From: Camelus ferus
Taxonomy: Eukaryota
NCBI RefSeq assembly: GCF_009834535.1
Contig: NC_045697.1
Span: 36,210,001 to 36,274,000, forward strand
Direction of reading: 5' to 3'
DNA: 64,000 nucleotides
A program made the position numbers and the translations under genes. The notes below the pieces were generated by a model that saw only the letters and a program-made list of their open reading frames with translations, had not been told where the DNA came from and searched no databases. Positions 28,162 through 39,180 of the stretch are shown piece after piece. Positions within the stretch are counted from its first letter, which is position 1; each line of letters starts with the position of its first letter.

Positions 28162-28310
28162 TGTGTGTGTGTGTATATATATATATATGTATGCTATGTG
28201 TACACACACACACATATATACACATATACACACACATACATACATACACACACAGTAAATATATATATAATTATATAACTATATACCTAATGATATAACT
28301 ATACATATAA
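28162..28310 (+). repeat. Compound (TG)/(TA)/(CA) microsatellite
   Basis: Directly visible. Confidence 0.9.
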
Positions 28311-29709
28311 CATATTTTCTAAAAAATAGATGCTTCTAAAGAATTTGTGTATATGTATGTTTTTATATATACATACATATAAAATTTATTTTTTCCCTAA
28401 CATTGTCTGCTAAAGGGTCTGGAAGCAATGCCACATCACTAACCACGAGTACACCTAGTGCCTGTATCTTGGTTTCTATATACCCTCCTTACTAAAAGAA
28501 ACCAGGGAATTCTGAAAGAATTCTGATTCTAGGGATGAAGCAAGAAAGGCATAAGACGAGCCTGGACCATCTTGCTGTGCTGGAAAGTAAGGAAATGCCC
28601 CCAAATATGAGGCATGTCGAATGCACATGGAAGCCAGCTTAAAGAGGCTAACATTTGCCAGATCTGAGACACCTGGGCACGAAAATTAGCAAATTATAAT
28701 ACATTTAATTAAATAGGAACCCATACTGATAATAAATAGATAAATATATACATAGACAGACATCTAGGGGAGAAGAGAGCTTTTCCTTCTAGTAAAGTGT
28801 CAACTGGTAAGTGGAGAGGTGGTGGAGTTAAAAATCACTTTTGTGTAACCATCACTAAGATTGGCTTGAGCAAGAATCAATGGGTAAAAGTTTTATGTGG
28901 AGCAAGATATTTATATGGTCTCAAAGTAAATGACCATAAACTGCTTATTAGTTACAAGGGAGAATATAGTAACTACATTACAGGAAGAAATCAGACAATG
29001 CCTTGACCAGGTGATCAAAATTAACATCACAGTTGAAGAGGGATGGCTCTGGATATGATAACCTGAGAAATCTACAACTTCACTTATGTAGTGTTCTGGT
29101 GGAGGGGAGGGGTGTGTAAACTGAATCTAGCCAGTTAAATAAATGGATGGAGGATGGTGGAAACCAGGTTTCTACCCGCTGTGGAAGTACACAGACAAAC
29201 AAGGGGATGAAGCTAGAATGATCTACATGGTAACGGATTTGAGTTGGAGACATGAGTAATAAACTAATGTTTAGCTTAATCTGAATACAGATGGTTTCAT
29301 AATAAAAATATTTATAAATGTGTATATTTACATGGGTTTATATACATACACATATTCCCTTGCTTTGTTAGCCGAGAGGGTCTAGAAGAGCAGTAACATC
29401 CAAACAGCGATGAGCATATTTAGTACCAGATCTTGATTTCTAATACCATTCTCCAGTGAAAGGAACCAGGGCTCCTTGACAAAATAGCCGATTCTAGTAT
29501 AGGGACAGGAAATATTTTAAAAATCCGTAACTCCAGTCTAATCTTGTGAAAAACATCAGAAAAATCTCCTACATCCTACAAAATACCTGAGCTGTACCCC
29601 TTAAGAATATCTAGGTCATCAAAAATACCAACAATCTGAGAAATTGTCATAGCTAGGAGAAACCTAAGAAGATATGATCCTGGAACAGAAAAAGAGCATC
29701 AGGCAGCAT

Positions 29710-30490
29710 GGCTAATTTTACCATTTTCCCCTCCAGCTCAAGGATAAAGATGAGACCTTGGTCTGGCCAATCAGAGCACTGAATTCCGAGGCCACAGGAT
29801 TGATTCAGAAATGGGTACATCATCTAACTGTAGCTAAAAATAGGACTCTCATTTGAGAAACTGGGATAGAAGTACCTTTTGTTTTTCCTTGTATACAAAC
29901 CTAGAAGATATATATTAGTCAGGATAGGCTAGATTATGTTATGGTAAAATGTCAAAAGCTCAGAGACTTAATGTAACAAAAGTTCTCCCTCACACTACAT
30001 GTCAATCGTGGATCTGAAGTCACTCAGGGACCTACGCTGATGGAGACCCCATCTTGATGCATGTTTCAACGATCACCACGGTAGGGAGAATGGGACATAG
30101 TGAATAATGCACTGGCTCATTAAAGCTTCTGCCCAGAAGTGACACATGCCTCTTGCTTTCACATTGTGTTGGTCAAAGTAAATCACATCACCATACCTAA
30201 CTTCAGGGGACAGGGTAGCATAATCCTACCATGTACCCAAAAGGAGGAAAGCTGGAAGTATTTGATGAACAACTAACAATTATACAGGATATAAGCCTGG
30301 GATCACTAGGCTTGTGGAGAAGAACACTGGCAGGGGTGAAGGAGTCCTGACAACACAGTTTGAGTTTGTGCCTGAGGCTGGATGGCCTTGGACTGTTAGT
30401 TTATGTGAAACAATAAACTCCCTTTTTGGCTTAATTCAGTTGGGTTTTCTTCCACTTCTGACAACTGAAAGAATCCTGAGCCACATACTT
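29710..30490 (+). mobile_element. ERVL LTR16-like solo LTR, interrupted by MLT1
   Basis: ctggccaatcagagcac...ggccacaggattgattcag; 3' part caataaactccctttttggcttaattcagttgggttttcttccacttctgacaactgaaagaatcctga. Confidence 0.7.
29911..30286 (-). mobile_element. MaLR solo LTR (MLT1K/L-like) nested in an LTR16-like element
   Basis: tatattagtcaggataggctagattatg...cttctgcccagaagtgacacatg...cacattgtgttggtcaaagtaaatcacat...cctaacttcagggg. 5-nt flanks agata / ggata. Confidence 0.8.
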
Positions 30491-31554
30491 CTCAACTAAC
30501 AACAGAGACGGAAGAGTATTTCTGGATTCTGAGGAATATGGTAGGAGAAGGGCAGATAGTAACATATCCTTGAAACACCAACAGGTTTTTAAGCAGCCAC
30601 AGAGCCTTTAGGTGCCACCATCTTGTCATAGATGGCTTGGATTTTGTGTAAGATAAAAGTTTAAAACACTACTGGAGAAAGAAGACCAAAGGTGTATTAA
30701 CTCTAACTGCACCTGGACAAGATTTTTGCATCTTATCTTAACAGACTCTAAAAAACAGACCAAGGAGAGGAGGATTTATTTTCTACACTTGGTGTAACTC
30801 AAAACCTCCCCTGGAACCCAAACCGCTTAACCTTGAGAGAATCCCAGGTCACACTGGTGCCTCCTGAGTCCGTGTGCCGCAGCCTGAGAGCCCAGCACAA
30901 GAGCCCACTTCAGCTTAACCACCTCTGATCTATCTCACCGGCCCCAGAGAAGCTTTGAGGAAGAGAGTCTGAACTCCTGCAAGACTCACCCAAGATGATC
31001 AATCACGTAGAACAGTGTGCAGCCTTGTTCCCGGAGACAGTGCTTTTGGGGAGGCAAGACTGAGCTCAAATCCCGAGCACTAACAGGCCTTCCCCTGCTA
31101 CCTCTTCCTGCTCCTAGCCCTGCTCTTCTTCTTCTTGGTTTGCAGGTGTAGAAGGGAGGCTGTTGGTGTGCAGGCAAACTAGGAGTTTTGTGCACACTAG
31201 AGAAAGAGCTCTTGACAAGCTTTGCAAAATCTGGTAACATTTAAGAGCAAGTCCACTAACTTTGGTCTGTATTTCTGTTAATTTCCCCTTTGACACGTTT
31301 CTTTACACATACAAGCAGAACTAGTAATTATCTATAAAGGAGATTGCTGGTGAAGGGCTTCTTCAGACAGCAAGAAGACAGTAATCAGCTAGACCTATTT
31401 TTCCATCCAACCAGATGGATGGAGATTGTCGATAAATAAAACATAAAGACAAGAAGGCCCTTTCATGGAAAACCTCAGATTTTTTTTTTTCTTAAAGAAA
31501 AATGTCCAGAAAGGGCACCCTAGACTTCCATTTTAGTAAGTCACACTCAATTTA

Positions 31555-31760
31555 CCAAACAACCCCACATTTATTGAGCACTGACTGTATGCCAGGTACT
31601 TTGCAGTACGAATGGGACACAAATATGAGTAAGAAGTAATGTTGCCACTACAATACAAACTCTTTCAGGGCAGGGGCTTTCTCTCGTTCACCACTGTATC
31701 CTCAAACCCCACCCCTGCCTGGCACATAGTAGGCACACAGTAAACACGTGATGACTGACG
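31555..31760. mobile_element. Two abutting L2 3' fragments in opposite orientations
   Basis: Minus: catttattgagcactgactgtatgccagg (31568-31597). Plus: cagggcaggggctttctctcgttcaccactgtatcctc...gcctggcacatagtaggcac (31666-31740). Confidence 0.7.
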
Positions 31761-32019
31761 AAAAGACCGGCTTGAGCCCATCACAGTCTCCCAGGAGTTA
31801 AAAGTAGAAAGTATTAGTCATACCAAGGACTGCATTTCTCTATCTGTAATTAGTTACTGATTAGAGCAAGAGGTTTGGTGATCAATAAAATTTGAAATAA
31901 AATATGATGACAGAGAGCTAACTCAAATATTTCTATCAGGAAAAAAAGTGCTTAGAAAATGTTCTGATGATGTGAGATCTCATAACTGAATACGTAGAAT
32001 TCAGTCTAGAGCAAGGCAC

Positions 32020-32230
32020 AAGAATAATAACGGTGACCATGGCAACACACTATCTACTGAGTGCTTACTACGGGCAGGCCAAGCATAGACCCTCCCGCAC
32101 TGTTTCAGGGTGGTACCTGTGATTCCTGGCTTCATGGAGGGAGAAACGAACAGATAAGAATTAGGCAAGGTCACAGGCCTAATTGGTGGGGAGACTTTCA
32201 ATTCTGACCCTAAAAGACCTCCTTCCACAC
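32020..32230 (-). mobile_element. MIR SINE
   Basis: tctactgagtgcttacta...ggagaaacgaacagataag...gcaaggtcacaggccta. Confidence 0.5.
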
Positions 32231-33194
32231 CTCCCTCCCCTCCCTTTCACCCACCATACTACGTGTATTTCCCCTTATAATCTGTAAGGCATCCACTTTT
32301 TCTTTTCCCCCTAATGGAGGGCTTGTGTTTCAGTAGTATCCATATCACTTGGTGTTCAAAAGCCACTTTGGGAACTAAATATAACTCATAGAATTTCCTT
32401 TCTCTTGTAGACCTGAAAGGAATCTTTAAGCAACGAGAAAGAAAAGGCCCCAAATGAACATTTACTTTACAGTGCTGCCCCTGAAACCGAGTTTCTGTCC
32501 AAAGCAAGTGAGGGGTGGACTAGAGGAAGAGAGAGTCATAAAGCCAGTTTAAAAATCCTGTGGTTTGACAGCTAAGGAAAAAAAAAATCATTCCTTAAGG
32601 TCAACATACACTGTTAGCCTTGTGAGGATTGCCAGTGTTTGGGACAGGCATGTCTTTGCCCTGAAGTATGCTTTCATTTCAGAATTTTCCAAACCCCTAA
32701 AGAGTGCTGGGATTCCCTGTGGAAAGCAGATAAATTGAGGTATTCCAATAACACAGACGAAACCCAGACCTCTGGGGCCAGTGACATCACACCACATTCC
32801 AAAGCTGGCCTTTACTACAAGGAGATTACACAGAAACCAGAGTCGTCTTCCCTCACTAATCAGGTGTGAGCGACCGTTGGGTTTTACAGAACGGTAATTA
32901 CTATGGGAACATAATTACCTTCTCTCACACAGGCCTCAGCTGCCTTTCACAACCAGGAAAGCAGTGGGCCCCTTGTACGTGTTGCTGGCCGGTTCTTGTT
33001 TATCGAATCAAACTTGATCATATATTAAGGGGAGAAAAAGTAACCAATACTTTTACCATCTGGTGAAAAAAGGATTTTCTAGTTTCCAAATATTCAATGC
33101 ATTTAAGACAAAACTAAATCACAAAGAAGTTCTTAGTGGCTACATTCTTATAATTTAAGACAGATGTGACCTCTGCTGTGACTGCCATCACCAA

Positions 33195-33392
33195 GGCAGC
33201 AGCTGGCATTTACTGAGCACTCACAATGTGCCAGGCGTGGTTCTAGCGATGTTATGATGTAGGTGCTACTAAGATACCCATTTTGCAGATGAGAAAATTA
33301 AAACACAGAAATGATACCTAACTTGCAGGGCCACATGACGAATAAGGATTTCAATCCAGGAAATCTGTGGAACCCCAGTCCTAAACCACTGT
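33195..33392 (-). mobile_element. MIR SINE
   Basis: catttactgagcactcacaatgtgccaggc...cccattttgcagatgagaaaatt...ggatttcaatccagg. Confidence 0.75.
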
Positions 33393-36300
33393 GATAGGGC
33401 CATTTATAACTTGCTTTGGGCCCGGTAGGGCAGAGCCTGAGTTATGGTTAACACCAAAGGCTTCTGGGGCACCTAGAGGCAGCAGAGACAAGGGATGTAG
33501 TCCCTGTTTCTCCCGCACTAGGAGAAATAGGATCAGGGTAGATATTGCCAGAGCCAACTGAACCCAAGAGGACTTTTTGCTTGGAGGAGAAGAAAGAAAA
33601 TTTATTGACATTTTATAAGGTCACTAAAGGTTAATGTCTCCAGAAGGGTTTTGGTATAAAGTGGCCAAGGTATCCCATCACAAAATAAAAATAAAGTCTT
33701 GTATTTCATCGAAACTGAAAAACTGCTAGCTGTCTTCCAAGCTCTGTATGGACTTAGTGTGCCATTAATACTCCCAAGCTGTCCCATGACGTCTCTTCTT
33801 CCAGCCAAGCAAACAACCCTGGGTCCCCAAACACCTGGACCTCTAGTCACAGATTCAACCACGTAGCAGATGTTTGCCAAGGGACTACTACGTGCCACAG
33901 CATGTGCTTGATTCATTTCTGGGCCTCTAAAAACACTCATAAATGTGTGCACCTCAAGTTCCTGTTTACAAAAAAGTGATGCCACGATAAGTGAATGATT
34001 TCCAAATTGCTCAAGAGGGCCTCCTGTTCCACTCTTCCATACCGCTGACAGGGAGGTGGAGGGAGAACACGGCAGTGATGGGAAAGCAGAGGTCACAAAC
34101 TGTCCTGTGGCTGGGGACCCATAGGTGCCACAAGAAGGAAGCAAGGGACAGATGCTAGGCCTGGCCAGAGAGCACCGGCCCATCTAAGCAGCAGCCACGA
34201 CTCAGCCTCAACTCCATTCCTGCCATTCTTTACATTTTTCAAAGAACAACCAAAAAAATACTACTCCTACTACAAATAATCCAGCTATTTATGTGAACCT
34301 CTTTATTCCAGTTTGGCTTCCAACGGAAGGTTTTCATAAACACTGAGCAGGCTGAACACAATAGGGCCACGGAAAGGCTGAGGCTTGCTGGTTACGAATC
34401 TGCAATCCAATTTGCTTCTGAGGTGTGAAGGGAAAGAGGCAGCCTGGCTTGGGAGAAGGCTGTCAGGGGCAATTCCTTGGGGGTGAAGTCCACAAAAGAA
34501 CCGATTCTGAATTACTGGCAGAGCTGACTCAGCGCTGTGCTGTGACCTGGTCACAATCAGAATGTTGCTCTGCAAAGAGGAGGTACGGAGAGAAGCAGAA
34601 AGGCACGTAATCTTGATTCCTTTCATGGAAGAAAGTGACATTCCAGCCAGCCCTGCCTGTGTACTGTTTAACATTACATAAACACAGCTAATTGGTCACG
34701 ACTGCTGCAGTGATTGGAGATGCATCTGCAATCTGATTTTTTAAAAAGCAGACGTTAATCACGAGAGCTAATATAGGCAGCTACCTAGAGCGCTCTCATT
34801 TTTTTGTCTTCTTTTCCAAACGGTGTCCTTGCTTTTAACATTTCAACTGTCAATTATCATCTCCTAGTACCCCTTTAAACCAGGTTTGGACCTAATGGGA
34901 TCACCTAAGGAATAATTTCACAAGACTCACTTACTTTGGTGCCAAATTAAAAACAAAAATCTAAAAAGAAAAAAATCCTGTACCCTGACTTCTGAACCCT
35001 CACGTGCTGACAAGCTCCAGCTTACTCACCACGAAAGGGAAGGAAGAGTCCCAGCACAAACACTGTCCTGGCAAGAACTTCAGCCAACAAATGTTACAGC
35101 CGTGTCACAATAAACAATGAGGAACAAACAGAGTAAATAGGTGGGAAGGAGCGGCTGGGGCCGCTCAGTCTGGGATTAGTAGGCAACATGGCGCAGAGAG
35201 GAAGAACTCTGGCCTTGGCCCTAGATGGGCCTATGTTTCAATTCTAGCACCTTCACTTAATAGCTGTGTAAGGGGCAGTGGCAGACATGGCCAGCCAGTC
35301 ACCAGTCAAGTGCATGTAAGAAATGATGCTCGTTGATACCTGGGACTCTGCCAACTGATCACCTCTGAGTGGACAACTCCCACCCCACTCCATAACCTGG
35401 GACCTTGTTTAAGTGCCCCAGAAGAGAGAGTGAGGTCCCAGATACCTCGAGTGGGGTGATGTCTCAAGGGAAAGCCCCCTCCCATGCCTGAAAGAACATA
35501 CTGCTCCAGTTCCCTACGGACCCCCAGACCTGACCCCTCAGCTTTCCGATAGAGCAGGTCTGAAGCAGGGCTCGCACAGCTGTACATAGAACAACTCTCT
35601 CCGGTGATTCTGATTTAGCTGGTGTGTGGAATAGTGCCTGGAAACCACTTTAGGGAAGAATCCAAATGGATCTTCACAGGCCCGTCTGTGGTACCAGCAG
35701 TCGAAGAACTCTCATCCTGGGGAGCCAGGGAACAAGGGCTCTGTGTGCCCCAGTGACGAGGCGGTTGGAATAGAGTTTTGCTGGGGTAGGGCTTTGTCCT
35801 ACTAGAAGGCCAGAATCTTCCTGCATCCTTCAGACTATGAGTTCAGTGAGCTAAGTCATCCCACAAGATGGTTTTGATGCCATGTCTAGACATTATGGTG
35901 TACAACAAATATTAATCCCTCTTAGTGCTGATTGGTATGCTAGGAGCATGGAACCAAGTACTTAAGAAAGAGAAAGACCAACTCTATTGATGCTCTTCTC
36001 ATACAGGGAAACCCACTGGTGTCTGATAACCCACCTTCACATAGTTGGACCAGTGAAAGTTGAGGGTCAGGTGAGTATAACCGAATCTGTAAGGTTTCCT
36101 TCAGAGGAAGGAAGTGTAAGAACAAAGTAAGTTCATCTCAACTATGCATAGGTTAAATGTACTTTCCTTATAAAGTTAAAATGTTTCAGTTCCAAATATG
36201 TATGAATGAAAGAAAACTGAGAGCGTCAATTCCTAGACGAGTAAAGTGGCTTTGGAGAAGAATATCTAGATCTACTTCCAGGAAGATGACATATTGTTTA

Positions 36301-36727
36301 TGGCATTTGGTTTATCAGGAATAGAAGAAAAAGTGTCCTGACATACAGCAGAGTTTTATAAAGCAAGATTTTATAGAAAATAGCAATCATTATCAAATAT
36401 TTCCCTCACCACATAACAATCTCAGAATCAGTTCTAGAGCCCAAAGGGTGAGTTGTCTCTGCCGTTTGAACCAAGTCTAGGAATAGAGAAAAGTGAAGAG
36501 CATCATGAAAATGTCACCACCCAGTCTTTACCTCTTCCTTCATCCAGCAGCACGATTTTAAAAAGGGAGCCAGCAATGCAAAGGTGAATAATACATGGTT
36601 GCTGCCCTCAAAGAGCTTAAGGTAACAGAAGAGAAAACAAACAACAGTAGCTGAGTACTGCTAAGGGTATACAGCAATCCAATGAGATAGGTATTATTAT
36701 ACTCCCATTTTAAAGATGGACAAGGCA

Positions 36728-36840
36728 GGGGGGAGTATAGCTCAGTGGTAGAGCATGTGCTTAGCATGCACAAGGTCCTGAGTTCAATTCCCAGTACCTC
36801 TGTAAGTAACCAAGTAAGTAAGTAAATACATAAATAAAAG
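36728..36840 (+). mobile_element. tRNA-Ala(AGC)-derived SINE (camelid vic-1-like), inserted into a MIR
   Basis: GGGGAGTATAGCTCAGTGGTAGAGCATGTGCTTAGCATGCACAAGGTCCTGAGTTCAATTCCCAGTACCTC contains A box TAGCTCAGTGG, anticodon arm gtgc-ttAGCat-gcac and B box GTTCAATTC. It is followed by a (TAAG/TAAA) A-rich tail and flanked by the direct repeat aagatggac (36713-36721, 36841-36849). Confidence 0.85.
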
Positions 36841-38839
36841 AAGATGGACTAGTGGAGGCAAAGAGAGAATAAGTAACCTGTCTAAGATCACCAGGTAGGA
36901 AGAACACACATGTGCAAATATCAACCATATGAGGCAACAGAAATATAAGTGCCCTGGGACTGTCAAAAACTTATACTGAGGCATGGGGTCACTGTGGGCT
37001 GGAATGATTAGAGAAGGAATAAGAAAGAACAGGTGGGACTTTTACTGGTAAGAATGGGATGGAGCAGGGGGTGTATTTTAGGCATAGGAAATGATGTTAA
37101 AATATAGCACAATTGGAAAATTCTTTATTGTAGAGATGAAAATAAAATTATTCAAACCCTGAGGAGCAAAAAATTAAGAGTTCTTGAGCATATGATATGC
37201 CTGGATCTAAAGCTTTCTCATTCTCAATCACTAGCCTTTTGCAATTTTCCCATCCATCATAGGAATAAAAAGTTATCACATATTCTTCTATATGTAAGAA
37301 AAACAAAGAGTGCTCAGGCTGGTCAGCTTCTGGTTTGAGAAGCTAAACTCAGAAGCCAGGATGCCAGCTCACGTTTCTATCAATGGGCACACGTGCCTGA
37401 CGACGATGCTCCAGGTCACATGTAAGCAGCCGACAGATACTCCAGGCTGGGAGCAAACACCCTCCTCCACTTTATATCAAACATTGTATACTCTAGGCCT
37501 TTTCTTTATCAATGAATAGCTAACAGAATACTAGGAATGCTAACTTCATGACTGACTCCCACAGTTTAGGGCCTGATTATTAGGTATGGAGGTAGACAGC
37601 AGAAGGGTGGGAGTGGCAGATGTGGTGCCAAAAAAAGTTATTTTAGAAAACATTTCTGGAGAAATGGTTCTGGTTCTGTCCAGGCTGGGAGAGGAAGGTT
37701 TGGGAGAGCAGGCAGAAAGGACTACAGAAGCTGGCTGGGGGAGGTTTGCTAAGCAACACTAGTCAGGAGGCTACAGCTGGATCCTGCTGACCGGCATTCC
37801 TCCTGTTAAGGGTGGATAAAGGGAGGGAACCGTGCTGAGGGGGCTGAGGGGAGACTGCAGGGATTCAGCTGGAACTGTAGCATCGAAGAGAGACCCTCTC
37901 CCATTAAAAGGAATTCCCTGACAACACACACCTTGCCCACCCTATCTACGACTGCACCTTTTAATTCAGCACCACCTTAGGGGCACATTGTCCCTTCATA
38001 AAAACTGGCTGAAAGAAGAAAGGAACGAACTGAGGAGGGAAGGCAGGAGAAAGAACAGCTGATCTAAAAAAAAAATTTAAAGCCTGAATGCATTAGATTA
38101 TATCATACTGATTTTCAAATGATGGTATTTACATGACATTTACTTGCCTTCATGGAACTGGTACTGTGAAGCCCCTCACACTGTGGGACAAGCAACCGGC
38201 CCACCTAACTGCAGAAATGAGCTGTGTGCATGGGAGAGCCGGATTCCCAAGAATCACCACCTTGAGAGGAATCTCTCCAGCTCCCATGGTTTTTTCCACA
38301 GGCCAAAGGACTCCACAGACGTTCTGGGGCTGGTTTCATCCTGGTTATATTCAGGTTGGAGAAGAACTGGCCTGAGGTTTCAAAGTTAAGTTAAAAAATG
38401 TTTTGCGTTCCAGGTGTGGCTGAATGGCAGGCTCACTAGCTGGCCAGGAAAACAAGACAAGGGGAGGAAAGAGAAGAAGGGCAAAACAATCAAGGTGGAA
38501 AAAAATTAGTAAATAAGGAGAAATGGAGAAAGAAACAGTGAATTTAACCAGAAACCTCCAGAATTTAAAATCTGGGGGCATAAAAATATGAAAATACAAA
38601 ATAATAGTTCTACTCATGGCCAATACCGTTTTTCACTGTGTGAAATATTTTCTTCACTATGTTTCAAACAGTGGGATTTCCAAACTCTCACTAACAGGGC
38701 GTGGCTTCTTTCCATGTTCCATTCTCTTCTTCAGCCAGCATTTCTGTTCTCCAGAGTGGAGGTCCTCTGGTAAAGCTGCAGCATATTTGCTGTGTTGCAG
38801 TGTCTGATGAAACACTGGAGCTGAGCCATAGCAGCTTTC

Positions 38840-39180
38840 ATATTCCCTCATCCATTCGATAAATACTGTACTTATTAAGAGCCTTCCACATGTCCCCAAG
38901 CATAGTCGGTGCTTGAGATAAACTGATGGGGTTTATGGTCTGGGGTTGGGGGGGACAGACACTAACCAAATTATCACACAAATACATAATAAACTGTTCA
39001 CTACATGTATGATGAGGGAGGAGGGCGCTGAGCTAGTGTGGACAGGCAGAGGAGACTGACCCCAGGACATGGGGTTGAATATGAGCTCTGAAGGGGTTAA
39101 CAGAACTGGGGTGGGGAGTTGGTTGGATGGATTGTAACGTGTTTAAGGAACTAAAAAGCCTATGGCTGGAACAAAAGGTA
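38840..39180 (-). mobile_element. L2 fragment
   Basis: catccattcgataaatac...gggacagacactaaccaaattatcacacaaa...tgagctctgaagg. Confidence 0.6.

Larger units (their letters stand above)
25710..29700 (+). mobile_element. Old, highly decayed L1M (L1MC/MD/ME-type): ORF2 3' remnant and long 3' UTR
   Basis: Degenerate ORF2 text (aatgtaaagacatccgattcttgattagggcatctcaacattatc; aacctactacaaagtctctaaaactaaaacagtgtgg) followed by L1MC/MD-like 3' UTR blocks. The blocks at 28390-28560 and 29350-29510 resemble each other and 56080-56240. Confidence 0.75.

Noticed and set aside
28390..29510. Dispersed ~150-nt similarity among 28390-28560, 29350-29510 and 56080-56240
   Set aside because: Explained by related L1MC/MD 3' UTR sequence rather than a novel repeat.
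33602..34183. Longest ORF in the track (193 aa, minus)
   Set aside because: No recognisable domain, no convincing splice or promoter context, and composition typical of non-coding DNA. BLASTP or PhyloCSF would be needed to rescue it.
36728..36802. Functional tRNA-Ala gene
   Set aside because: TSD, A-rich tail, CpG decay and no oligo-T terminator indicate a SINE copy.
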